The notes beneath the pieces were generated by a model. It worked only from the letters and a program-made list of their open reading frames with translations, had not been told where the DNA came from and did no database searches. Positions 8,055 to 17,262 of a stretch of 64,000 nt of DNA are shown here, one piece after another. The stretch is from Acidimicrobiia bacterium. Its GTDB lineage: Bacteria > Actinomycetota > Acidimicrobiia > Spongiisociales > ZC4RG35. Every line of letters begins with the position of its first letter. The first letter of the stretch is position 1. The position numbers and the translations under genes are program-made. The stretch lies in contig OZ242375.1 in NCBI GenBank assembly GCA_965209025.1, positions 997,562-1,061,561 of the forward strand, in the 5' to 3' direction.

Positions 8055-9328
8055 AGGCTCTCCAGCATGGTGAAGAAGCCGGGCCATGTCTTGGTGACAC
8101 ACCCGGGGTCCGAGATCTCGACTCCCTCCTGGCGGAGCCCCACCAGCGCGAAGGACATGGCCATGCGGTGATCGTCGTAGGTGCGGAACCGGGCGGGGCG
8201 AAGCGAGCCCGGACGGATCAGGAGATCGTCTCCCTCCACAACCGCATCCGCTCCGGCCCGGGAAATCTCGGTGGCGAGGGCGGCCAGCCGGTCGGTTTCC
8301 TTCAGGCGCAGGGTGCCCAGCCGCCGCAGCCGGCTCGGCGAAGCGGCGAACAGGCACATCACCGAGAGCCCCAGCGCCGCATCGGGCATGCGCCCCATGT
8401 CCCGGTCCACCCCGCGAAGGACTCCGTCGGGCGGACCCTCCACCACCACCCTGGCTCCCTGCCAATGCACCGAACACCCCATCTCCGCCAGCACCTCCAG
8501 CATGCCTGCATCGGCCTGCGTGGATCCGGGCGACAGCCCTTCAATGCCCACCACTCCCCCGGTGATGGCCGCCGCCGCCATCGGATAAACCGCCGCCGAG
8601 GCATCCGCCTCGATCTCGAAGGCCGAAGACCGGTACCCGTTCGATCTCACCCGAAAGACCCCGCCCTCGACCTCCACCGACGCCCCGAAGGCTCTCATCA
8701 CCTCCAGGGTGGTCTGCACATAGGGACCTGAGACCATCTCGCCCCGCGTCCGGATCACCGTTTCTCCCCGGGCCATAGGGGAGACCATCAGCAGGGCTGA
8801 GAGAAACTGGGAGGATCGGGAGACATCAACGGTTAGGTCCCCACCCGGCAGGCCTCCCCCTCCCACCGTCAGGGGCAGGAACCCGTCGCAGGTACTCACC
8901 TCCACCCCCGCCTCGCCCAGGGCGGAGGCCAGATCGCCGATGGGGCGTTCCCGCATCCGCTCGGTGCCGTCGATGGTCACCTCACCGGGAGAAAGGGCGG
9001 CCACCGCGGTGAGAAAACGTGCGGTGGTGCCGGAGGCGGCCACGTCCACCACCCCCTCGGGAGCCGACAACTCGCCGCCGGTTCCCAGCACCAGCCACGG
9101 ATCGTCTGCGTCGTCGATCAACACCCCCAGACCGCGCAGGCCGTTTCGCATCACTTCGGTGTCGTCGGCTTCCAGTGGTCCCTCCAGGCGGCTGGCGCCC
9201 CCTCCGGCCAGGGCCGCCACGACCAGCGCCCGGTTGGTGATGCTCTTCGAACCCGGCGGGCGCACGACCGCCCGTACCGGCCGGTTGCGGGCGGCGATCT
9301 CCATGACCGGGGGGAAGGGGCTGTCCAT
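8051..9328 (-). CDS. aroA: EPSP synthase
   Basis: PGSKSITNR, SSQFLS, RLKETDRL and DDHRMAMSF motifs. Confidence 0.95.
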   Translation of the reverse strand: MDSPFPPVMEIAARNRPVRAVVRPPGSKSITNRALVVAALAGGGASRLEGPLEADDTEVMRNGLRGLGVLIDDADDPWLVLGTGGELSAPEGVVDVAASGTTARFLTAVAALSPGEVTIDGTERMRERPIGDLASALGEAGVEVSTCDGFLPLTVGGGGLPGGDLTVDVSRSSQFLSALLMVSPMARGETVIRTRGEMVSGPYVQTTLEVMRAFGASVEVEGGVFRVRSNGYRSSAFEIEADASAAVYPMAAAAITGGVVGIEGLSPGSTQADAGMLEVLAEMGCSVHWQGARVVVEGPPDGVLRGVDRDMGRMPDAALGLSVMCLFAASPSRLRRLGTLRLKETDRLAALATEISRAGADAVVEGDDLLIRPGSLRPARFRTYDDHRMAMSFALVGLRQEGVEISDPGCVTKTWPGFFTMLESL

Positions 9329-9339
9329 CACCTCCGAGA

Positions 9340-10092
9340 CTATTCGGTCACAGCCGCCCGGTAAAGCGCGGCAACCTCCGGGCCGCCCAGCCTGCGCCAT
9401 CTGCCCGGCCGGAGCGAGGCGTCCCGGAGCGGACCGATCGCTACCCTCGCCAGCCGCAGCACCGGATAGCCCAATGCCTCCATCATCCGCCTGATCTCCC
9501 GGTTCCGCCCCTCCCCCATCTGCACCTCCAACTGCGCCTCCCGGGCGGTGCGGTCCACCAACCGCGCCCGGAGAGCCCGGGCCGGTCCGTCCTCCAGTAC
9601 CACTCCTTCGGTGAGCCGACGAACCACCGCCGGCCGCGGTGTTCCCTTCACCAGCACCCGGTAGGTCTTCTTGATCCCGTGACGGGGATGGGTCACCAGG
9701 TTGGTCAGCGTCCCGTCATTGGTCAGCAGTAACAGCCCCTCGCTCTGCCGGTCCAGCCTTCCCACCGGCCACACCCGCGGGAAGTCGGGCACCAGGTCCA
9801 CAACCGTCTCCGCCGCGTGCGGATCGGACGTGGTGGAAACCACGCCCTGGGGCTTGTTCAGAAGGTAGGTGACCAGGTGCGGGGCCAGCGGCAGACGCGC
9901 CCCGTCCACCTTCACCACCGAATCGGCAGGGTCCACCCGGTCACCCAGACGGGCCCGCCGCCCGTCGATGGTCACCCGTCCCTGGGCGATCAGATCCTCC
10001 GCCGCTCTCCGGGACATCAGACCGGCGGCGGAGACGGCCTTCTGCAGGCGGACAGGTCCCTCAGGAGATGGACGCTCGGGTGGCAAGTCCAT
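9340..10092 (-). CDS. rluB: rRNA pseudouridine synthase (RsuA/RluB family)
   Basis: S4 domain, VGRLDRQSEGLLLLTNDG and EGRNREIRRM. Confidence 0.9.
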   Translation of the reverse strand: MDLPPERPSPEGPVRLQKAVSAAGLMSRRAAEDLIAQGRVTIDGRRARLGDRVDPADSVVKVDGARLPLAPHLVTYLLNKPQGVVSTTSDPHAAETVVDLVPDFPRVWPVGRLDRQSEGLLLLTNDGTLTNLVTHPRHGIKKTYRVLVKGTPRPAVVRRLTEGVVLEDGPARALRARLVDRTAREAQLEVQMGEGRNREIRRMMEALGYPVLRLARVAIGPLRDASLRPGRWRRLGGPEVAALYRAAVTE

Positions 10093-10621
10093 CCATCACC
10101 TCCGGGGAGGGGACCCGCTCAGAGAGCGGAGGCAGCTCATCAAGGCTGTCCAGGCCCAGCATCTCCAGCAACAACTCGGTGGTCCCGTACAGGGCGGGAT
10201 GGCCGGGGACCGACAGCCGCTCCGTCACCTCCACCAGGCCCATCCTCTCCAGGGTCCGCAACGACGACGAGGAATCCACCCCGCGGATCTCGCTTATCTG
10301 GTTTCTCGACACCGGCTGTCGATAGGTGATCACCGCCAACACCTCCTGGGAGGCCGCCGAAAGCCTGTTGATCGACCCGCGGCTCACGAAACGCTCCACG
10401 TACCCGGACAGTTCCGGACGGGTGTAGAGACGCCATCCCCCCGCCACCCGTTCCAGGCGCAGACCCCGGTCGGTCGATTCGAGCCGAACCGAGAGGGCCT
10501 CGACCTCCCGGTCCAGTTCGGACCGTTCGATTCCCAGCACCTCGCACAGCCGCTTGGAAGAGACCGGCGCTTCCGCCACGAACAGAATGGCCTCCAACGC
10601 CGCGGCGTTCGTCATCTCCAT
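10061..10621 (-). CDS. scpB: SMC-ScpAB segregation protein B
   Basis: LEAILFVA, YRQPVSR, IRGVDS and LYGTT motifs. Confidence 0.95.
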   Translation of the reverse strand: MEMTNAAALEAILFVAEAPVSSKRLCEVLGIERSELDREVEALSVRLESTDRGLRLERVAGGWRLYTRPELSGYVERFVSRGSINRLSAASQEVLAVITYRQPVSRNQISEIRGVDSSSSLRTLERMGLVEVTERLSVPGHPALYGTTELLLEMLGLDSLDELPPLSERVPSPEVMDGLATRASIS

Positions 10622-11370
10622 CACACCCGGCCCACCAACGTGCCGGCCACCGGACCCCGCTGAACAAGGATCCTGCCTGCCGGCGTGGACTGGGAGAGAC
10701 TCACCCTCCCCTCCCGGGCCAACTCCAGAAGTCCCATGAACCAGGCGGCCATCTCGATCCGGTCCCCGCAACCGCTGGCCAGGCTGTGAAAGGAAGCGTC
10801 GCCCACCTCCCCGATCAGGCGCCACAACTCCGCCTTCACCTGCTCGGGGTCCGGGATATCCAGGGCAAGGTGATCCAGGTCGGGGATGGCGGAAACCCGC
10901 GCCATGATCTCGGTGGCCACCTGGGCAAGATCCCCCGGATCGAGCCGGAACGCCAAATCGGGGGCCGACTCCATCTTCGACCAGTCGGGACCCGCCTCCC
11001 GGGGCTGGAAGCCGGCGCGCTCTCTGAGACGGGAGACCAACTCCTCTGTCGCTTCCTCGAAGGTCATACGGGCCAGTAGGAACCACAGGTCGCGGTCCGG
11101 GTTCTCCGGAAGGTCCTCGCCGCCCGGGTCGAGACCCGCTCCGAGCATCCGCCGCGCTTTCAACCGACACAGCAGCGCCAGCACTAGAAGGAATTCACTG
11201 ACGTGCTCCAGGTCCACCGGGCCTCCATCGGAGATCTCCGCCAGGAAGCCCTCGACCAACCGCGCCAGGCTCAAGGCGGCGGGGTCGATCCGGTCCGCTA
11301 CGACCAATTCGTAGAAGAGGTCGATAGGTCCCTCGTAGGCCTCGGTGTAGATCTGATAGCTGGAAGTCAC
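10621..11370 (-). CDS. scpA: SMC-ScpAB segregation protein A (kleisin)
   Basis: YEGPIDL N-terminus and FMGLLEL C-terminus; adjacent to scpB. Confidence 0.9.
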   Translation of the reverse strand: MTSSYQIYTEAYEGPIDLFYELVVADRIDPAALSLARLVEGFLAEISDGGPVDLEHVSEFLLVLALLCRLKARRMLGAGLDPGGEDLPENPDRDLWFLLARMTFEEATEELVSRLRERAGFQPREAGPDWSKMESAPDLAFRLDPGDLAQVATEIMARVSAIPDLDHLALDIPDPEQVKAELWRLIGEVGDASFHSLASGCGDRIEMAAWFMGLLELAREGRVSLSQSTPAGRILVQRGPVAGTLVGRV

Positions 11371-11402
11371 CTCAGCCGGGATGCTATCGGGAGACCGGAC
11401 CT

Positions 11403-11885
11403 TTAATGAGGTTTATCGGTCTCGCACAGCGCTTCCCACACCGCTTCCTCGATGCCGGGAGGCCGGACGCCGTGATGGTGGCGAGCGAACTCCACCACCA
11501 GGGGTTCTGCGCTCCACCCGGCGAGTTCCTCCGACCCGATCCGCCCGTGATCCCGGTACATGCGGGCCCGCCGCCAGAGGGGGACCCTCAAGCGGATGGC
11601 GACAGAGGCCAGCGCCCTGCCCACCAGCCCCAGGCGCGCATGACGCTTGCCGATGTCGTGAAGCAGTGCGGCGCGGACCCCGGTCCGGTCGGATCCCAGG
11701 ATGGCATCCGCGAGACGGGCTGCTTGGTACCCGTGCCGCTGATCGGCGGTGGGCTGTTCACAAAACGCCACCCGCTCGGGATCGGCCAGATGGCTCTCCA
11801 CCCAACTCCATTCAGCCGGGGTAAGCGGAGCAGATAGGATCCCCTCCCGGTATCGCCTGGCCAGATGCCCCCAGGTGCCCGGCAA
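11403..11885 (-). CDS. HD-domain protein
   Basis: DQRH...AALLHDIGK...H...HH...D HD-family pattern. Confidence 0.8.
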   Translation of the reverse strand: MPGTWGHLARRYREGILSAPLTPAEWSWVESHLADPERVAFCEQPTADQRHGYQAARLADAILGSDRTGVRAALLHDIGKRHARLGLVGRALASVAIRLRVPLWRRARMYRDHGRIGSEELAGWSAEPLVVEFARHHHGVRPPGIEEAVWEALCETDKPH

Positions 11886-11891
11886 CGCCTC

Positions 11892-12242
11892 TCAGTCCCG
11901 GGCCGATTTGCAGGAAACGCAGTACACCGACTCGGGACGGAACTCCAATCGTGCGGCGTTGATCTGCTTCCCGCACCGCATGCAAGACCCGTATTGGCCC
12001 GTCTCCACCCGCGACAGGGCGCGGTCCACCGAGTCGAGACGCTTCTTCAGCGTCAGGATGACTCCCAGCCGCTCAGTGCGCTCGGCGGTCACCGCCGGGG
12101 CGTCGGAGAATCCATCGCCCTGGTTCAGTCCTCGGCGCAACTCCCCGGACTCGGTTGCGCCCAACTCGTTGAGTTGGTGCACCAGTCCGTGGCGGTGGGA
12201 GATCAGCTCGCTCTTGGCATGGGTGAGATCAATTTCGGTCAT
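11892..12242 (-). CDS. DksA/TraR C4 zinc-finger protein
   Basis: Coiled coil followed by YGSCMRCGKQINAARLEFRPESVYCVSC. Confidence 0.9.
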   Translation of the reverse strand: MTEIDLTHAKSELISHRHGLVHQLNELGATESGELRRGLNQGDGFSDAPAVTAERTERLGVILTLKKRLDSVDRALSRVETGQYGSCMRCGKQINAARLEFRPESVYCVSCKSARD

Positions 12243-13117
12243 CGGCTTCTAGGGTGAGATAGTAGGTAAACCTCGTGCAGATACCCAGGGGAAATACGGG
12301 TATAAACTTCGGTGGTAGAGAGGCTAGCGTGGCCGAGGATCTCCTGCACGGCCCGCAGATCCGCTCCGCCCTCCACCATATGGGTGGCTGCCGAGTGCCG
12401 CAAAACGTGAGGTGAGACCCGGTCGGCAGCCAGCCCGGCCCGAATCGCAGCCTTCTTCACGATCCCCCAGGCGCCGTTGCGGCTGAGACGGGTTCCCCTC
12501 AGGTTCAGGAACACCGCGTCGGTTCGTCCCCTGGCCAGTTCCAAGCGGTCGGGGAGCCAACCGCGGAGAGCCAGGCGAGCGGTCCCGCCCAACAGGGTGA
12601 TCCTCTGCCGTGATCCCTTGCCGGTGACCAGGGCCGTGCCTTCCTCTATGTCGAGCCGTCCGAGGTCGAGGCCCACCGCTTCGCTCACCCGACAGCCCGT
12701 GCTGTACAGGAACTCCAAGAGAGCCGAGTCCCGGCGTCCCGCCACCGTGCCCTCCACCGGCGTGGCCAGCAGGGCGAACACCTCCTCGGTGGTCAACGCC
12801 TTGGGAAGACGGGCCCGTCGCTTCGGAGGGGCTATCCCGACGGTGGGATCACTCGGGGCGCCCTCCTCTTCGCACAGGAAGCGGTGAAACCCCTTCACCG
12901 CCGCCAGTTTCCTGGCCACCGACTCCGGTGAGAGACCCAGGTCCGCCAGCCACTCCAGATAGGCGCCAACCGCGGCGGCGACCGGGTCATCGCCCACAAA
13001 CTGAAGGTACTGACGAAGGTCCCTCCGGTAGGCCATGACGGTGTTGTCCGCCAGGCCCCGCTCGAAAGCCAGGGATGCCAGGTAGTTCTCCACTACGGCG
13101 TGGGAGTCTGCCGTCAT
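12239..13117 (-). CDS. xerD: Tyrosine recombinase XerD
   Basis: STGCRVSE, HVLRHSAATH and LGHASLSTTEVY; canonical nudF-xerD-scpA synteny. Confidence 0.9.
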   Translation of the reverse strand: MTADSHAVVENYLASLAFERGLADNTVMAYRRDLRQYLQFVGDDPVAAAVGAYLEWLADLGLSPESVARKLAAVKGFHRFLCEEEGAPSDPTVGIAPPKRRARLPKALTTEEVFALLATPVEGTVAGRRDSALLEFLYSTGCRVSEAVGLDLGRLDIEEGTALVTGKGSRQRITLLGGTARLALRGWLPDRLELARGRTDAVFLNLRGTRLSRNGAWGIVKKAAIRAGLAADRVSPHVLRHSAATHMVEGGADLRAVQEILGHASLSTTEVYTRISPGYLHEVYLLSHPRSR

Positions 13118-13192
13118 CCGTCTGATTATTGGGCCCGGCACGCCCGCCGGCGAGGATTTAGCAAGCCCGGACAGCCTAAATTATGAACTGGA

Positions 13193-13729
13193 ATGGCCAA
13201 ACGCTTTGTCGTGCTGCCCCGGGGTATCAACGTCGGGAAGGGCAATAGGGTGCCCATGGCACAACTCAGGTCGGTGTTGGCAGACGTGGGTTATACCGAC
13301 GTCGCCACCGTTCTGCAGAGCGGAAACGTGATCGTCACCTCCCCAATAGACAGCCCCCGGGAGGTCGCCCTCGCCATGGAGCGACTTCTCAGCGAGGGGT
13401 TCGATGTGAATGTGCGGTGCATGGTCCGGACCGCGGACCAGGTTCGGGCGGTGCTCAAGCACGATCCGCTGCGGGAGGCCGTCACCAACCCGTCCCGCTA
13501 CCTGGTGAACTTTCTCTCCGACGAGCCCCAACCCGGGCTGGTGACCGAGATCCTGGCTGAGGACCACAGCCCGGAGGCAATCGCCATCGAAGGTGCGGAG
13601 GCATACGTCTGGACACCCGACGGCGTAGCGCGGATGACCCTCTCCTATGGGCTCCTCGAAAAGCGGCTGGGGGTCACCGCCACGGCCCGTAACTGGAATA
13701 CAGTGCAGAAGATCGCCGCCAAGTTGTGA
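13193..13729 (+). CDS. DUF1697 domain protein
   Basis: RGINVG, QSGNV and TARNWNTV motifs. Confidence 0.9.
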   Translation: MAKRFVVLPRGINVGKGNRVPMAQLRSVLADVGYTDVATVLQSGNVIVTSPIDSPREVALAMERLLSEGFDVNVRCMVRTADQVRAVLKHDPLREAVTNPSRYLVNFLSDEPQPGLVTEILAEDHSPEAIAIEGAEAYVWTPDGVARMTLSYGLLEKRLGVTATARNWNTVQKIAAKL

Positions 13730-13773
13730 CCGCCCCCACCCGTCCCGACCGTAGGGTCGGGCCGGTCGGCCGC

Positions 13774-14319
13774 TCAGGCCACCGACCCCGTCATGGCCAG
13801 CCACCGCAGCAGCGCCACCACCGTCTTGGCATCGCGGATCTCGCCCGACTCGATCATCCGGACGGCGTGGCTGATCTTCACCGTGATCACCCGCGCTTGC
13901 CGTTCCTCGGCGCCGTCGGGGCTCCTCTCGCCGCGGACCAGGTCCCGGGCGGCGAACAGCCTGATCCGCTCGTCGGTGTAGCCGGGCGAAGGCAGTATCT
14001 CCCCCAGGTCCACCAGCCGTCCAGCCCGGAGGCCGGTCTCCTCCCACAACTCCCTCGAGGCGGCCTCGGTCGCAGAAATCTCGCCCTCCTCGATCTTTCC
14101 GGCCGGGATCTCCAGCACATCCTCCCCCACCGCCACCCGGTATTGGCTGATCAGCGTCACCTCCCCCTCCCCCCACACCGGAAGGATTCCCACCCCTCCC
14201 CGGTGGCGGATCACGTCGCGGACCACCGTTGTGCCCTCGCCGGTCCGTAGGTGCAGTCTCTGGTAGGCGAGGATCCTCCCCCGCCCCACATTGCGAACGC
14301 CGAGCAGCCGGAAGCTCAC
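13774..14319 (-). CDS. nudF: NUDIX hydrolase (ADP-ribose pyrophosphatase type)
   Basis: QYR...EIPAGK...ASRELWEETG, SPGYTDE and IRDAKT; GTG start overlaps the pyrG stop. Confidence 0.85.
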   Translation of the reverse strand: MSFRLLGVRNVGRGRILAYQRLHLRTGEGTTVVRDVIRHRGGVGILPVWGEGEVTLISQYRVAVGEDVLEIPAGKIEEGEISATEAASRELWEETGLRAGRLVDLGEILPSPGYTDERIRLFAARDLVRGERSPDGAEERQARVITVKISHAVRMIESGEIRDAKTVVALLRWLAMTGSVA

Positions 14320-15968
14320 CGGCGCCGGGGGGTCGCCACCTCCGCTTCGGAAGCCTGGTCGTCCCGTCGGCTTCGATGGGCCGCGGCCTTCTCCATGAAG
14401 CCCCGGAACAGCGGATGAGGCTGGTCGGGACGGGAAAGGAACTCGGGATGCGCCTGGGTGCCGACGAAGAACGGATGGGAGGGCAACTCGATGAACTCGA
14501 CCAGCACCCCGTCGGGAGACACCCCCGACAGCACCATCCCCCCCTCGACAAGGGCCCTCCGATAGCGTGGGTTCACCTCCCAGCGATGCCGGTGTCTCTC
14601 GTACACGAGGTCCGCCTGGTAGAGACTGCGCACCAACGATCCCCTGGCGAGGCTGGCCGGATAGAGACCCAACCGCATGGTCCCCCCCTTGTCCTCCACC
14701 CCTTCCTGGCTGGGCATCAGGTCGATCACCGGGTGGGCGGTGTCGGCGTCGAACTCGGTGCTGTTGGCGCGGTCCAGCTTCAGGCGGTTGCGGGCGAACT
14801 CGATCACCGCGCACTGCAGACCCAGGCAGAGTCCCAGGAAGGGGACCTCCGCCTGGCGGGCATAGGCGATGGCGGAGATCTTCCCCTCGATCCCCCTCCC
14901 TCCGAAGCCTCCCGGCACCACGATCCCGTCCAGGTGGGCCAGCACCCCGGGGACCAGCATCCCGGTGAGGTTCTCCGACAGAATCCACTCGATCTCCAAC
15001 TTCCTGCCCACCGCCGCCGCCGCATGGTGAAGGGCCTCCACCACCGAGGCGTAGGCGTCAGGCAGGTCCACGTACTTCCCGACCATCCCCACCCGCACCG
15101 GGTCGGCCGCCGAGTCCATCCGATCCAGCATCTCCCGCCATCGGTCCAGAGTGGGCGGCAGGGTATGGAGGGAGAGTCGACGGCAGATCACCTCGTCCAG
15201 GCCCTCCTCCTGGAGGAGGAGGGGCATGCGGTAGATGTTGTCGGTGTCCGAGGCGCTGATCACGGCTTCGGGCGGGACGTCGCAGAACAGGCTGATCTTC
15301 TGGCGGATTGATTCGTCGATGGCCTGTTCGGAGCGGACCACGATCACATCCGGGGAGATGCCCTTCGAGCGGAGCTCGGCCACCGAGTGCTGGGTGGGCT
15401 TGGTCTTCATCTCCTCCGATGTCTTGAGAAACGGCGCCAGGGTGACATGGATGTAGGCGATGTTGTCCGGCCCCATTTCCTTGCCGAACTGCCGGATGGC
15501 CTCGAGGAACGGAAGGCTCTCGATGTCGCCGACCGTGCCTCCCACCTCGGTGATCACCACGTCGGCGTTGGACTCCTCGCCCAGCCTGCGGATTCGGGAC
15601 TTGATCTCGTTGGTGATGTGGGGGATCACCTGTACGGTGTCGCCCAGGTAGGCGCCGCGGCGTTCTTTTCTGATCACCGCCAGATAGACAGACCCCGACG
15701 TCACGTTGGAGAGCTGCCGCAGATGCTCCCCGGTGAACCGCTCGTAGTGACCGAGGTCCAAGTCGGTCTCCCCCCCGTCGTCGGTTACGAACACCTCTCC
15801 GTGCTGGAAGGGGTTCATGGTTCCCGGATCGACGTTGATGTAGGGGTCGAGCTTCTGGATGACGACCTGGAGACCCCGGCTCTTGAGCAACCGACCCAGG
15901 GAGGCGGCGGTGATGCCCTTACCGAGGCTGGAGACCACCCCGCCGGTGATGAACACGTACCGGGTCAT
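14316..15968 (-). CDS. pyrG: CTP synthase
   Basis: GGVVSSLGKG, KTKPTQHS, GLCLG and QAHPEF motifs. Confidence 0.98.
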   Translation of the reverse strand: MTRYVFITGGVVSSLGKGITAASLGRLLKSRGLQVVIQKLDPYINVDPGTMNPFQHGEVFVTDDGGETDLDLGHYERFTGEHLRQLSNVTSGSVYLAVIRKERRGAYLGDTVQVIPHITNEIKSRIRRLGEESNADVVITEVGGTVGDIESLPFLEAIRQFGKEMGPDNIAYIHVTLAPFLKTSEEMKTKPTQHSVAELRSKGISPDVIVVRSEQAIDESIRQKISLFCDVPPEAVISASDTDNIYRMPLLLQEEGLDEVICRRLSLHTLPPTLDRWREMLDRMDSAADPVRVGMVGKYVDLPDAYASVVEALHHAAAAVGRKLEIEWILSENLTGMLVPGVLAHLDGIVVPGGFGGRGIEGKISAIAYARQAEVPFLGLCLGLQCAVIEFARNRLKLDRANSTEFDADTAHPVIDLMPSQEGVEDKGGTMRLGLYPASLARGSLVRSLYQADLVYERHRHRWEVNPRYRRALVEGGMVLSGVSPDGVLVEFIELPSHPFFVGTQAHPEFLSRPDQPHPLFRGFMEKAAAHRSRRDDQASEAEVATPRRR

Positions 15969-16014
15969 GTTCGAGGCGTAAGCTTTCGCGGCACGCTAGG
16001 CAAAGATACCACAC

Positions 16015-16150
16015 TCAGTCGGTTTCCTTGCCCTTTCCCTCCCAGACGTACTTTCTCAGGACGTACTTGTGGACCTTTTCCGGTGGATTTCTCGGGCAGA
16101 GCCTCCATTATCTCCACCAGATCGGGCACCCCGAAGTGGGCGAGGCGATC
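16015..16150 (-). pseudogene. Frameshifted remnant of an acyl-CoA synthetase C-terminus
   Basis: DRLAHFGVPDLVEIMEALPEKSTG, then after skipping one base in the A-run (16076-16079) KVHKYVLRKYVWEGK...stop. Matches the A10 LPxTxTGK motif region. Confidence 0.55.
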
Positions 16151-16264
16151 GATGATGGTCGGGCTGGGCCGGGCTCCGGCGGTGGTAACGGTGAGCGGAG
16201 CGTCGAGACGACGGCGGCGGGAGGAGAGGGGTGAGAAGGGTCTCGGCAATCCGGCTCGGGTTGC

Positions 16265-17029
16265 TCAACTCCCGGTCCACACCGGCGGGCGTTTCTCCAC
16301 GAAAGCTCCCATCCCTTCCTGGGCGTCGTTCATGGCCGCATTGGCCACCATCACTCCCTTGGTGTAGGCGTAGGCGTCCTCCTCGGCGATCTCCTCCTGC
16401 CGGTAGAAGGCCGCCTTGCCGAGCGCCACCACTGCCGGGGAGGAGTCGGTGATCCGCCCGAGCAGGGCATCGACGGTGTCGTCCAACTCCGGCGGGCTCA
16501 CCACCCGGTTGACGAGGCCCCACTCACGGGCGGTGAGGGCGTCGATCGGGTCGCCGGTCAAGAGCATCTCCAAGGCCCGCTTGCGTCCCACGGCCCGACT
16601 GAGCGGAACCATGGGAGTCGAGCAGAACAGCCCGATCTTCACTCCCGGGGTGGCGAAGGTGGCCGTGTCCACCGCCACCGCCAGGTCGCAGGAGGCGACC
16701 AGTTGACATCCTGCCGCATACGCGGGGCCTTGCACGCGGGCCACCACCGGCTGGGGGATGTTGTGAATGGCGAGCATCATCTCGGTACAGACGTCGAACA
16801 ACTCCTCCACGAAACCCGGTTCGGGGTCGATCATCTCCTTCAGGTCGTGACCCGCCGAGAAAACCGGCCCTTCCCCGGTGATCACCACCGCCTGGCAGTC
16901 GGGATCGAGGCTTCGCAACGCCTCGATCACCTGCCGTATGGTCTCCATGCCCAGGGGATTCCGGCGACGGGGCTGATTGAGAACGATCCGGGTAACCGGC
17001 GGCTCGTTTTTGACCAACACAAAGCTCAT
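16265..17029 (-). CDS. Enoyl-CoA hydratase (ECHDC3-like)
   Basis: FSAGHDLKE, AAGCQLVASCDLA and TPGVKIGLFCSTP. Confidence 0.9.
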   Translation of the reverse strand: MSFVLVKNEPPVTRIVLNQPRRRNPLGMETIRQVIEALRSLDPDCQAVVITGEGPVFSAGHDLKEMIDPEPGFVEELFDVCTEMMLAIHNIPQPVVARVQGPAYAAGCQLVASCDLAVAVDTATFATPGVKIGLFCSTPMVPLSRAVGRKRALEMLLTGDPIDALTAREWGLVNRVVSPPELDDTVDALLGRITDSSPAVVALGKAAFYRQEEIAEEDAYAYTKGVMVANAAMNDAQEGMGAFVEKRPPVWTGS

Positions 17030-17262
17030 CTCCCTGAGATTAGACGATCCGGTCCGGGCGCGCCTCACCAAGGGTTCACCGTCTCCCACAAGAGAGCAAG
17101 AAATGGTAACTCAACCTCAATCACAGGTTTATGCCCACCGGGTCCAGATGAGGTCGGCTTCGTCCGGCGGCGCCCTTTTCGATGCCAGAACCCGCCCAGA
17201 TTGAAAGTGCTACTTTCAGATTGCGCGCTATTGAAGTCTCCGCCAACTGTGCTGCCGGGCGA

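Noticed and set aside
12239-13117. Tyrosine recombinase as a prophage or island integrase
   Set aside because: Motifs and nudF-xerD-scpAB synteny indicate housekeeping XerD; no att sites or phage genes.
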